Of a DNA stretch of 64,000 nt, positions 1 to 13,079 are shown piece by piece. The translations under genes were made by a program, and so were the position numbers. The DNA is taken from the NCBI GenBank assembly GCA_964247055.1, contig OZ176051.1, forward strand, positions 1,054,001 through 1,118,000. Reading direction: 5' to 3'. A model generated the notes under the pieces. That model had not been told where the DNA came from and searched no databases. It saw nothing but the letters and a program-made list of their open reading frames with translations. Numbering within the stretch: the stretch's first letter is position 1; the number at the start of each line of letters is the position of its first letter. Source of the stretch: Paragordius varius (taxonomy: Eukaryota; Animalia; Nematomorpha).

Positions 1-1764
1 TGCCATATGAAGATTCTCGTATTTTAAATTTCAATTTACCATCCATATAATAAACATTCATTAACAATATAATTGGAAGCAAATAAAATATAAAAAATAC
101 GTGTTATTCCCTCACATCGTATTGTTGGACCCATGGGGCGATCTTTTTCTAAAATAAAAAAAATGTATATAATATTATTGATACCCCATTGCACAAATAA
201 AAGATTGATTTTTAATAAAATATATATATCATCATGTATGTCCTTTTGTATTAGGCAATAAAGTGACCACTTTTATGGTATTAACCTTATACGAAAATAT
301 AATTTATGAATAATTTACATTTTTAGGGGAAAATAAATTTTCCAAAATATATCATTTATGTCATAAACTATAACAAGAATTTTTTGATAAAAATTAAATG
401 TTTAGATTGGTCTCCCACAATAACCGAGACTGCGCTAAGAAATATTATTATATGTAAAATTGTATAAAAAAGATTATTTCTAAATAAAACTTTGCCCACA
501 ATTTGTATCATATGAGATTTATTATTGTAGTGATTATAAGGTAGTTAGACGTTTTTTAATAAATTCAAAATTTATTAATACAGAAGGTGGATTCATTATT
601 AAATGAATTTTAATGTGCGGAAAGTCTAGGAAATTACTGAATGCATGTTCTTATATTAAAATGAAAATGTAACATAACCTATATAATTCAATTATTTCCC
701 AGGATTTTTACACAATGTCTTTTCGATGATACTCTCAACGAATTTTGCGAATTTTTATCCGTGAACCTCGCTCTATATTTTGATTTTATTATACCAATAA
801 ATCAAAAATTGACATCTATAATAGTGAAACATGGTTGTCAATTTAAGCAAGTTTATGTGCAAACATATGAATATATAAAATATCTGGTGAAATGAATTAG
901 ATTTTGCTAAATGCTGTTAAACTTCATTTTTTGAAATACTATACTTTGGTAAGCCATATAAAAACACACGGCCGGCCAATTTTAGTATGTGAACCCTTGT
1001 TTGCCGACTCCTGATGTAAACTATTATATTGAGCCATCAACAAAAATAAGATTTAATTTTTATCCTCCATGTATTGTTAATATATACAGGTGTGTTGGTT
1101 CATAAAAAGCGAAATGTTAATTGCTTTGAAAAAATTATATTGGTGGACGCTGCAATAACATAAAAACCCTGTAATTTCAAACAGGTCAATGTCACTAAAT
1201 GAATGAGAACACAATAGACCCAAAAAATTAAAGCCTATAATAACAGGAACAAAAGGAGGCTATAAAAATGTTAAAAGCAAACATTATCCCTATTCTCAAC
1301 ATAAACTTATATCCCTAGTTTACAACTTACATTGTTGCATATTTCACTCAGCTATTTATCGAATTTCACTTCATTTCATTCCATACAATACGATTAAATA
1401 ATCATCTATTATTGATCTTTTAACAAAAGTAATTTTTTGATATTCTTGGTCATATCTTAGGCCATAAATTTCCGCCAACTTATATACAATTTTGATCTTA
1501 ACTACTTCGGGCGCACTGTTATATGATCTACTAATTTTTCAATATTTTTACCTCGCTTCTTGTTAGTTATTATGTCTAAAGGAAACCATTATGAGCTTAT
1601 TCTTTATGTTAATTAAGAGATGAATAGTATTTGACCGGTTTATTCTTAAAACTCTTATATTCATGAACCTTTAGGGCAGTGATGATCTATACCATTTATA
1701 TCTGTTTTTAATCATATATTCATGTTTTAACTCACCATTAATGTTTGGCTTTTATAAATTATGT

Positions 1765-2170
1765 TATATTTTAAATAAAATTAATATTTGTATAAGAATA
1801 ATAACTCGTTAATGGCGGGCTCCTTGTAATTTTTCGAGGAAATAATACGCAAATTACCTAAAGAATAAAAAAAATTGTAACATAATCTTTTCGTCCTTGT
1901 CGTGGATTTATCAGATCTTCGAAATTTCTGTTTTATAAGGCCTCTCCTTGATTACTATGAACCCTTATTCAATTGTAGACTAATGCAACGATCTCCATAT
2001 TTTGCTGTTATAAATAATTAGTCCCAAAGAATCTATCCAACATTGAATATATTTAATTTTTTTATTTTTTAGATGATTTGCGTATTATTCCCAGGAAGAA
2101 TTACAAAGAGCCGGCCATCGAGTTATTATTTTTATACAAATATTAATATTATTTACTATTATATAACAAA
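1765..2170. mobile_element. Palindromic MITE with ~100-bp arms
   Basis: ATAACTCGTTAATGGCGGGCTCCTTGTAATTTTTCGAGGAAATAATACGCAAAT mirrors ATTTGCGTATTATTCCCAGGAAGAATTACAAAGAGCCGGCCATCGAGTTAT. Confidence 0.75.
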
Positions 2171-2399
2171 ATTTATTAATGTCAAACATTAATTTTGAAA
2201 TTATATTTATATTCCCTTAAAAATAACATTAGTCTTTCTATTATCTGCCTATCTTATTTGATAATAACACCTGATATAGTAAAAAAACACAAATAGAAAA
2301 TAGATTTCAATAGATATTTATGAATTTATTTGGCCCATCATAATTTACTAAATTGGTGACGAATTTAGATTATGTTTACTCTGTCTATCACTAATATTT

Positions 2400-3010
2400 T
2401 TATAAAAAATTGGTAAATGATAGAAAATTATTTATGTTTAATATATAAAATTAACATTTGGATACAACACAGTCATTTTAGTCCTTCGATTGATATTGAG
2501 GTATTTAAATACAGGCCTGTTTAAAATTAAATTCTTTACAAAATATGGAACGATTCGAAACCATGGCAAAATTTTGCACTTTATAACATTAATAAACCGA
2601 ATATAAAAAAATTTATTCAAAAATACCTGATATTACTTAGTTTAAGCTAAAACCAAATAAAAATTTAGTCAGCGTGACATGTCTGCAATGGTAATTGAAA
2701 AATAATATAAAATAAACCGCTTTTTCTATTTCTATCCATGTTAGATGTAATTTAAATAAAAAATTAGCTTTAATTTTACCCTTAAAATTAAATGAAGACG
2801 ATATTTTGGAATTTTGTAAAATAAAAATGGCGTCGAAGTAGTTTGATGTGAAACTTTTTTTTAAAACCAAATTTTATTTAAATATGGTTTATTTATATAA
2901 TTTTTATTAGGATAGACGCATAAATTTAAATTGGGACCGTTTCTTTCAGTAGTTTTTTAAAAATCCTAACTTAAATTTTATTTGGATACCCCAATTTGAA
3001 TCTAAGTGTT
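2400..3010 (+). repeat. Dispersed AT-rich repeat family E (other copies at about 54420-55020 and 24920-25220, partial at 7420-7560)
   Basis: Shared blocks TTGGATACAACAC..TCATTTTAGTCCTTCGATT, ACCATGGCAAAA, AAAATGGCGTCGAA, GGATACCCCAATTTGAATC. Confidence 0.8.
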
Positions 3011-3869
3011 AATATAAAACTTATTTGTAAATTAATGTATTTATAATTTGATAAATATTGCACATTGCAAATTAGGCACGACGTAACACTTGGCTATCTA
3101 TTTTGCTCTTTTAAAAAAATAGTGCAGGCCTTTACTTAACACTGTTTAAAATTTGCAATTTGATTATACTGAAATAAATAATCATAATTAGCTCAAAAGT
3201 TTCGAAATTTTTTTTGATGTTTATCAACAACTATTTATAGCACAATTTTGCCCTCTGTGTTAAAATTGTGTTTGGATAATTAGATATAAACTTCTTATAC
3301 GCTACTCTATGTAACCTTTAACCTAAAACAAATGGGTTCGCGGGCCGTATTTGAAATATATATATGGACATTTAATATTTATACCTAAAACCGCAAATAT
3401 CAAACACAATATAATAATTTTTTCTAGTTCTTGCAAATTGAAAAGACTTATTAGGCAGTGTTGGACACCCCAGTTTAAATTATTTTGCATTGAGAAAAAA
3501 CATTTTGTTTTTCATTACCAATAATTTTTACACACCTTATGGTATTGTTAATTTTTAAATAATATTTACCTTTTTGGGCACCTCGTTTCGTTGAAGTTCG
3601 GTTGTATTAACAAAAATAGGGAATGGTAAAGGATTATTCTTGGTTAGCTGCGCCAAATGTGGCCCATGTAAGCATATACACAATCCCTAAAAAATAAAAT
3701 ATATATTAAAATCTTTCAGGGTTTTCAGGTACTTTTGGTTTTGGGCCTACAAGTGATATTATAAAGTTATTAAAATTTTGTGGTAAGAGATCTATATAAT
3801 AAATGGCGAATTCTGAGCGCATTTTTGTAATAAATTTTTTTGGTGAAAGCTAAATGCAGTCCAAATATC

Positions 3870-4460
3870 ATCGAAATGTATAAAAAGCCAAATGTTTTTA
3901 AAAAACTTTAATAATTAGATGTGGGCTCCAAGAGTGGCAAAATTTTGTTCTCTAAAATAGGCTAGTTTTCTGAAAATAAACGCGAAAATGCCGATATTGC
4001 GCAATAAAAAGGTAAAATATAAACTAAATTTTGTCAACTATAAATATCTATAAAATGCATATGTTTTTATAAAATTTTTAGCAAAATTTGGTTGAAGCGT
4101 ATTTCATACTTTTGAGGCAAAACGGTTTCAGAACGGAATATTTTAACCTTTATTGAAGTAATAGTGTTCATCATCATCAAATTATGTGGAAAAAGTTTTT
4201 TCTTAAAGCGTTTTATACCGTTTCCAGTAAGCCTCAAACTAGTATAAAGTAGGCTTCAACAAAATAAATTTGAAAGTTTACATTTTTTAAAATCAACTGA
4301 GTTGATATCAAAATTTAGCAAAAAAAACATTTAGCGCGCAATCCCCGCATTTTTGCATTTATATTAAAATGACCAGCACTTATTTGAGGAGCGAAGGAAC
4401 TTTCGGAGCCCACATCAAAAATTAATATTTTTAAAAATAATTTTTTGCTTTTGTAATAAA
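3870..4460. repeat. Old degenerate palindromic element
   Basis: GATGTGGGCTCC (about 3918) mirrors GGAGCCCACATC (about 4405), with patchy similarity on both sides. Confidence 0.55.
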
Positions 4461-4554
4461 AATTTACCCAAAAAAACTTTTAATACAGTAGTATTACTTC
4501 TCTGAGTAGTCTATTCCAATCGAAATCTCGGACAATAAGGACAACCCAAATGAA

Positions 4555-4890
4555 GTGAATTAAAAAGAAGTATTTAATACCACCTGAGTTTCTGATAATG
4601 CATGTTGTGGATCTAATAAGAAATGTTAATTTTAAATTATAATGTTTACATTGACGTTTGTATTTTTTGTCCACGATTATATTTTGGGTTAGATTTTGAC
4701 CCCAGAGCTTACAATAAAATTAAATTATTTAACCCTCTAATAATAAATTAAATTTTTTACAGCTTCTTAAGTTATAGAGTCAGAAATTCAGATAGCAAAC
4801 AGCTATATTATGATCTAAATTAATATTTATTTTTAGATCCACCTAATGAACTATCGGAAAGTCTAGGTGATATTAAATACTCTTTGTATA
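4555..4890. repeat. Degenerate palindromic MITE
   Basis: 4560-4640 is the reverse complement of 4820-4890 (TAGATCCAC....AGGTG.TATTAAATAC). Confidence 0.6.
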
Positions 4891-7800
4891 GTTAGAAAAT
4901 TATATAAATAATAAAATGATTACTTCATTTTTCGTTATCGAAATTTTTAGGGCAAAAATATAGTATTTATGAAAATTAAATCATAGATTTTTGATCAAGC
5001 ATTATAAAATTTTGTTTGGAATTAACTATGAACCAATAAATTTTAAAACTATTAGCATATATTTTTGCATATAAATACTAAAAATAGCTTTGATAAATAC
5101 CAATTTTAAATCAAATAAATATTTAAGTAATCTACATTGATCGCAATTTTTAACATGATTCTACCAAAATTAAATTCTTGTCAATTGTTTCGAAAAATCA
5201 AAAAAATTGTATAAAATCGCTCCAAATATGAAAAATAATTATCAATATAGATGAGTTTGGGTTTCGTTTTTCTTTTAAAGAATAAGAAGTTGTATTATAT
5301 CAGAAAAAAATGATAATTTGTATTTTATCAGAACTTTGAAAGCCTGACACTCGCTTGGCAAGGGCTGTCATCGACACATTATATTATCTCAAAAATATAA
5401 AATTTATTATTTTCATCATTAAAATATGAAAAAATATATTTTTACAAAATAAACCCGAAAATTGCATATATTCCTGCTTTTAGTACTCATATCAAATATG
5501 TTAACATTAAAAACTAATTTGATACAAATCGTAGATTAAATTATTAATGTAGGAAAACACCTATGTTACCTTTTCGATAAAACAAAATTATTATATGATA
5601 AACAGTTAAAAATAAATTCAAACAAAAAGATAGGAATTTTGGACTAAAGTATTAGCATCTAAGTTATCAAAAAATATATATAAAAATTAAAAATAATGTA
5701 CTGAATATAAATGTCAATAACTGCATATGCCAAATTTTAATTACATTCATTGTAAAATCAAATGTTTTTTTTAAACTAATTTACAAAAAAATAATCAATT
5801 TTACAAAAAAGAACAAAAAATGCAAAGTACAACTACTGTTTAATTAATATAAACATCAAGATTAATTTTACTAGAATAAAAAAGCTTTGAGCAGATATAA
5901 AAAACCAAAATGATCCAAATATTATTATCATCCTTAAAATGGCGCAAAAATTATGTAAGGAGGTAGACTAAAATCTATGGTTATTCAAATGAATTTGCTC
6001 TTTTCTGTGTACTTTAAAATAATAATATTGGCCGGTTTCTTTCATTTTTTTACCATTAGGCTACAATAATATGAGTAATTATATAGCTATTATAAAAAAA
6101 TCTATATTCTGATTTTCAAGACGATTTTTAGTAATCAGTGTATAATTTTCATCAACACTTTTAATATAACATATTTATATTTATTACATTCAATTGGACA
6201 AACCTATGGATTTTTTCACTTATAAAATGAATTGATATAAGCTTATCTCAGGACTAAATTTATTTTTTTTATTTTAATTATAATAAATAACTTCTTTTGG
6301 CAAATATGTCTTTTGTATTATTATCATATATTAAAACCATTGACTTATTACAATGCTTATACCATATTTTAATTAATTATTTATTTTCCTTAGGCACTTA
6401 CCATTTATCCGTTTAATAACAAAGAATTAAACATTAAAATTTAATTATGAAAGTGACATTCATTAGCTTAATTTCAAATAATGTATTGAAGAGAATTGAT
6501 TAATATTTCAAAATTTAATAGAGGCGTTTATTTAAAGGTTTATTCTGAAAATATTTTCAAAAACATTTTGCATTATAATGAATCGCTATGGGTAGAACAC
6601 AAATAGAAGCGATGTAGCCTTCATTTATAAAGGAAAGATTTTAAGAAGTCTTGTTTGGTTGGAGGATATATTGAATATCATGTTAAATTGATAAAAATGG
6701 CATGTGCATTTTATAGTCACTTAAGGATTACTAAATATGATATGATGATGTGTTAAAAGATACCTAAATCATTAAAACAAATTGGAGATCGCAAAAACGT
6801 TTCTTAATATATATTTACAAAATTATAAATTTCTAGCCAATAAAACTAATCCTAATATATATCTATTTTATAATCATTTACTAAAATCCATCTCAAAAAG
6901 GATTTGATAGTTATAAGAATATTTGATTTAAGAGTTCCAAAATTACAAATGACTATGTAACAGAATACGAACAATAATTTAATAATTTTTTAAACGTTTT
7001 ATACATAATAATACAAATTCAAATATATGATAGTATATAATGAGATAAATATACACTAACATAATTGTTTACTAAAGTTGATAAAGTTAAAAACAAAAAC
7101 AATATTTAAACGCTTGGATACAACCACATTCATTTCGGTCCTTTGATTCGAATTGCGTCCTGGTGACACTAGGCCTTATAAAAGCATAATGTAACCTAAA
7201 ACCGTTACGAAAATTCGCACTTATATAAGATTGATAAACCGAAATATAAAATCAGAATTATTTTAAAATTTATATTGTTTTATAAAAAAATCTGGAAAAA
7301 TTTAACCAAAATGACATATGTGCCATACCGTAATAAAAAAATAATAAAAAAATCATGTCTTAGAGGTGAATTTGATAAATTAGCTTTATTTTTAGCGTTA
7401 GAATTAAAAATATATTAAAAATACTGTGAAATAAAAATGGGAAGTTTGAGGAGCTTTTTTTAAAACTAAATTTTTATTTTAAATTATTTATTTAATATTT
7501 ACAATAAATTTAAATTAAAACCGCTTCTTTCAGTAGGATTTTTTTAAAAAAATCAATTTAATTAGGCCGGTCACTAGTTACCACAATTCGAATCAAAGTT
7601 TTAAGACTGTCTGTGCTGGTGATGGAGCCATCTTATTATTAAATGACGGTTTCTCTTGAAATATTTTCTAATTAGGCGTTTTTGCAAATGAATGATATGA
7701 CAGGTAGATAAAATATTTATAAATAAGTTTTTTCGTTTGAACACTTTAAAACCATCGTCAAGCATCCTTGTTAGTACATAATAACATAGCAATACTCCTT

Positions 7801-8369
7801 AGACTTAATATTCTTTGCCCCAAAACTACATCGTCAATTAAAATAGCATTGTAACCAAAATATTTTTTTTAAAAAAAATCTTGTAAATAACAGTTATAAA
7901 GTATAGCCATATTTTTGAGTTTTTGCAAAATCGCTTATCAAACTAAGAAATATGGTTTTATTTATAAAGTTACCAAAGTCAAGTTCATTAAATTATTTTT
8001 GTAAAAATTGTTTAATATAAATTAAAGGTTTGACAACTAGAGATGAAAAAACCAAAAGAACTATTTATATATAAGTTAAAACATTGGCCTTTAGATAAAG
8101 CTAATTAATTAATCACCATTTAAATTATCAGGTGAAATCCATTTAAGAATATATAAATATATATTGATTTTACGAATAGCAATCGAAAATTATATAAATA
8201 TTACACAGGTGTTTGGGCAGTCATCATTAATACATTCAAAATTTTAATTCAACACCTTATCTGTAAAAAATGCAAAGACAGTGGCAAATTATGGAAATAA
8301 TTTAGCAAGTTTAAATTAACGATAGAGAGATGTCATTTAATGGAATTAACATATTTGATATATTATAAG

Positions 8370-8870
8370 ACAACCAATATAAAAATGAAGTTTTATAAAT
8401 TATGCTTGCAATAAAAATATTACTAAAAATTAAAGGATTTATTACCAAATTGGTCCAAGAATTCGATAAAAGAAATTAGTGTAGAAATTTAATAAATGTT
8501 ACAATTGTTTTTAAAAATTAGAAATTAAAAACAACTATTCAAAGGTAAAAATAATATAAAGCGATAAAAAAAATTCATGTTCAAAATTAGTCACGTAAAC
8601 AATGGCGTGTTTTTTATAAACCAAACTAATTTGCATGTTACGAAAATGTACGGCTTTAAAATAAAGAGAATTGAAAAAAGTTCTTAGTAATTTACATGTC
8701 CGTTTTATATATGATTTATTGGAGGTCAACAATATTTATATAAAAAACGATTCAATTACATTTATAATACATTAATATGTTTGAAATTTATTAATTAACT
8801 ATTTATTTTATCAACAATAATAAATAAATTATAAAAATAGATTTTTTTAGTATCAGACTTTAATTTTTAT
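8370..8870 (+). repeat. Dispersed repeat family F (second copy at about 55060-55620)
   Basis: Shared TAGTCACGTAAA..AT.GCGTGTT..TTATAAACCAAACTAATTTGCATGTTA.GAAAAT.TACGG block and flanks. Confidence 0.75.
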
Positions 8871-9024
8871 ACAAAGCTTTTTTATGTATAGTTAACTTTA
8901 TTGAATAGCTTTTATAATTACATTCATTCAAGCATTTCAATGAAATTCTGATCGATTTTGAAACCATTGCCATATATTATTAAAAAGGTTGGAATCAAAT
9001 GATACTCGTAGGCTTTAATGACTT

Positions 9025-9357
9025 ATAACAGTTGTTAAAATCCGTAAGATAACGATAAAAGAATATTAAATAGGATTAAATGAAGTATAAATAGAAATTA
9101 TAAACGATATCTGAAACCCTTCGTCATTAGTAATCGCAGACTACTTTCGTGCTTGTTAGCACTCATCAGTACGACACAACTATTTGACTTGGGGTTTTCA
9201 CATATCGATTTCGTCTATGTATCCAACTTTGCAATTTTGGTATAAATGCAGTTTGTTATACGAAAGGGTTTCACACGTTTATAATTTCTATTTATACTTC
9301 ATTTAATTCTATTTAATTTTCCTTTAACGTTATCTTACGGATTTTAACAACTGTTAT
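9025..9357. mobile_element. Inverted-repeat element (~100-bp arms) enclosing the hammerhead; possible Penelope-like pLTR remnant
   Basis: Arms 9025-9124 and 9260-9357 are near-perfect reverse complements (ATAACAGTTGTTAAAATCCGTAAGATAACG... / ...CGTTATCTTACGGATTTTAACAACTGTTAT). Confidence 0.75.
9121..9174 (-). ncRNA. Type I hammerhead ribozyme motif (stem I slightly degenerate)
   Basis: Minus strand: UCGUA CUGAUGA GUGCU-AACA-AGCAC GAAA GUAGUC-UGC-GAUUAC U A / AUGACGA. Both core boxes are perfect, stem II is 5 bp, stem III is 6 bp with one G-U, the cleavage triplet is CUA, and the predicted cut lies between 9128 and 9127. Confidence 0.8.
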
Positions 9358-10129
9358 TACAAAACATAACCAATCCGTTATTTACCATTTAAAGACTTAT
9401 GTTTGAACAAAATTTTTTACGATAATTAGGACGTGTATTCCATGTGTTTAGAACTTTAAGCAATAGGACTGATAGGCAAAGACCTTATTGTAAACCATCA
9501 AAATGCATCATAACTTTAAAGGTTATAACACTATAAACATTCTCCATCAAATAACAATATCCCACATAATTCCTTTGACGAGGGTAGAACACAAAATTGA
9601 TAAAATCCCATACAATGTTGGGCAAAATTTTTACGATCAGTCTTCTTCTTACAATTGACGTCTTTGCAAATCACTACTTTAGTTTTTCTTTTGACAATAT
9701 ATAAATATATATATATAAATTACAAATTTAGTTATTAAACGTTGAATTTAAAATAGCAATTTTAAGTTAAGAGTCAAACATTACTTTAAATTTACTTTGA
9801 AATTTTATTCCTATATTTTTTTTCCCTTTCAAGTTTCATATAATACTAGAAAGGCATAAAATTAAATCGAATCTCCATTTATTGCGTCGTCCAATCACTA
9901 CCACCGATAAATAAATCATAATCTCATAATCACGGTTAAAAATTTCTGTTTATTTTGTTCTGTAGTTTGTTCAGAAGATATCTAATTTAGATATAGTTCA
10001 TTAGTTTTTAATTATTAAGATATCTTTTAAGTTATTACTTAGTTTGTATTGGTTCCATACGCCACAAGTATGGTGAATAAAATCCCGGCAAACTAGTTCA
10101 TAAAAATATAGAAAATTTAAATGAAAAAT

Positions 10130-13059
10130 ACGTATAGCAGGGTTGAAAGGAAGAAAAAAGATCTAATAGTAAAGAACAATGCAAAGAATCCATTAGATAT
10201 TTTGGGTATCAGTGAAACCCATTACAAGGGCAATGGTTTTTACATAATAAAAAAATTGTAATTATATGTCGGGACAATGAAACAAAGGGGAGGGAGTTGG
10301 TGTAAATAATGGATATAAATATGTCAATTCGTTTATACAATTTTAGAATCATGATCATTAGATTTAATGCTAGTCTGGTTAACTATCAATGTGTATGCCC
10401 CTACAGCGGACTCCGAACAAGAAAAAATAGATTTATGAACAGCTCCAAGACTTAATAAACTTTGTACCTAAAAAGAAAATGATTATAATGGGTGGTAAGA
10501 GTACGACACGATAGTGGAAAAACACGGATTAGGCGAAAGGAACGAATCTGGTTAAAGATTGATCGAATTCTGCATGATTAATAAAATGTTTGTTGTTAAA
10601 CCATGTTATTAAACATAAAACGGCTTTACTCCTGGACCTCCCCTTTAGCATTTATGAAAAACTTTTTCCATTTTTGTTGTGCCAAAAAATAATCCATTTG
10701 GTGTTTAATTTAAAGTTGTGACTGCTCAAGATTTGAATTATTATAATAACACAGATACCCGATGGAATAACAGTAAAACAATAATCCCCGAACAGCACAA
10801 AAATATCTACCAAAGAAAAAACATCATTAAAAAGGGTTATCAGATGACTTATTAAAATAATTGAATAAAGAAAAAGAGCTAAAAATAGAGGGGATATATA
10901 CCATTTGCACTTCAAGAGTGTCCTTGAAAAAATCAAGTTGGTCCTTGAACAGTTCTCCTTGAACACTTCAAATTGGTCCTTGAACATTTCAAGTTGGTCC
11001 TTGAACATTTCAAGTTGGTCCTTTGACCTTTTTGTTTTGTTTTTAACTTTTATCAATCAAATCGTAAATAATTCATCTATTTTATTTTTTTTAACCTATT
11101 TTCTATTATTTAACATAAATTTTAGATCGCTATCAACTTTTAATCTTTGAGAAACCGTATATTCTTATTAATTTCTTAAATAATTTTGGATATTTATAAG
11201 ATTTTAACACGAAATGAAAAAATATATAAGTTTTCTGGGTTATTAATTAAAATTTTTCATTAAAAACATTAAAAAGTCAATAATTTTGTTCAATTGAAAA
11301 AAAATAGTTTAAAACAAAAAAGTGGTTTTTCAATCAAAATTTTTATTTTTTGAATAAATATATAATAAATAAAGAAAATTAGGTAAGGACTAACTTGAAG
11401 TGTAAGACAACTTGAACTGTTCAAGGAACAACTTAAATTGTTCAAGGACCAACTTGAGATGTTCAAGGACCAACTTGAAGTGTTCAAGGACACTCTTGAA
11501 GTGCAAATGGTGTAGTTAGGTTATAAAAATTAACAAGATTCAGAGACAGAAATGGAATGACCTGTGAATGGAATAATAAACAATACATAATTATTGAGGA
11601 AGAGAAACTTAAGTAAACCTTTGTTCCAAATCATCAGAATAACAAATCAATACCAACTCCTTAACATTTAAGGATGATAAAGCAAAAACCTTAACGACGA
11701 AAATAAATTAAACAAAGATTGGAAAGTTACATCTAACAGTTATGTAGTGCGCACCCAGGTGCAAATGATAGACTAATATATGGGAATGGATGATGAGTTA
11801 TGTTAATGAAAGGAAATACCAATAAAGAAAGCTCTGCAATAATATTCTTTTGGATTAAACAAGAGATATACCGATATCAGTTATACATAGATTGTGCCAG
11901 GAAGTATGAAAGTCAGGTATTGGCAGTCTTTAAAAAAAACTGAAAAGACGAGAACTATAAAAACATAGATATCATTATATATGAAAGCAAATTATTGAAA
12001 ATTATCCAGAACAGATTACACCGAGGGATAGTCAGGGAGATTCCAGATGTTCAAACATTTATGGAGCATAGCACAAGAGATCCCATCCCTGACTGAGACG
12101 TATAATTGAAACATTTATAGAATATCAGGTGGAGTTTATATGTTGCATTGAATAGATCTAGGCTTTTGACTCGATTAACCATGTACATATATGGCAAAGT
12201 TTGGAAGCTATGGGTTATAGCAAAGCTTATCTTGCAAAATTTGTATGAACAGCAAAAATAACAAAAACCCCGGTGGGAAAATTTCAATACAGAGAGGTGT
12301 TAGACAAGAATTTTGCCTCTCACCATACTTAACATTTGTACAGAAATGATCATGAGAAAAGTAGATCATGTTAATAAAAGCTTAAAGATAGGACGGAAAA
12401 AGATTAACAATCTATTTGCAGATGACCCGACGCTGTCGCAGTGATAATGTAGAAAGTTTAAATAATATGATAAGGTTAGTAAGAGAAGAAAGCAAAAATG
12501 TATAACCTCAATCCTAAGAAAACCAAAATTATTAGTTTAGAAAATAAAGCTGATATAACCATAGACGACACCCCAGTAGAAGTAGTAAATAAAATCCTGT
12601 TCTTAGGCCCAATATCAAGGGCTTCCTTACGCCAGAGACTAAACTCAGCATAGCATTAGGGAAGTCAGATGTACAAGCTGACTAAATTATGGAAAAATAA
12701 AGATATTACTATGAAAACTAAGCGAGTGTAATGAAATGCAGTTGGACACTAAAACTCAATGATAAAAAAGGACAGCATTCGTAATGTGGTGTTTGAGTGT
12801 AAAATATAAAGAAAGTTTACGTTTGGGCACATTTTAAGAAGTGTATCCCTTGAGAAGGATTTGATTTTGGGGAAAGTTGAAGAAAAAAGGATAAAAGGAA
12901 GACCGATGTTAAGTTGACTGGACACTGTAAAAAAGGTATCTGATAGATGTATAATTGAAGGAAATAGCATGATGAAGAGACAAGTGGAGAGAACTGGTCA
13001 TTTTATTTTCAAGGGTTCGAACTTGACCTAAGGAATTAACTACCTGACTACCTACCTAA
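10130..13059 (+). mobile_element. Decayed RTE-clade non-LTR retrotransposon (APE + RT), interrupted by a MITE
   Basis: Frameshifted motifs in order: LDILGISETH, NVYAPTADSE, EKHGLGERNESG, RLYSWTSP, AFDSINH, RGVRQxxCLSP, INNLxFADD, GRP. The 3' end has a short (CTAC)n-like tail at about 13040-13059. Confidence 0.9.
10899..11512. mobile_element. MITE A: TIR element with 21-bp subterminal repeats (GAACATTTCAAGTTGGTCCTT)
   Basis: Ends TACCATTTGCACTTCAAGAGTGTCC / GGACACTCTTGAAGTGCAAATGGTG; TA on both flanks (10897-98, 11513-14); inserted into RTE coding sequence. Confidence 0.9.
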
Positions 13060-13079
13060 TTCAACATAGCGCTCGAGAA

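Noticed and set aside
1371-1545. Protein-like minus-strand frame (YNSAPEVVKIKIVYKLAEIYGLRYDQ...)
   Set aside because: Under 60 codons, no consistent splice path upstream and no recognisable family; a TBLASTN would settle it.
4837-4866. Exon-like AG/DPPNELSESL/GT segment
   Set aside because: It is one arm of a palindromic MITE with a mirror copy at about 4560-4640.
9370-9660. Penelope RT remnant beside the hammerhead (LPFKDL, AIGL, KIPY)
   Set aside because: The same DNA aligns better, in two orientations, to the unrelated sequence at 55930-56215; the motif matches are short and need frameshifts.
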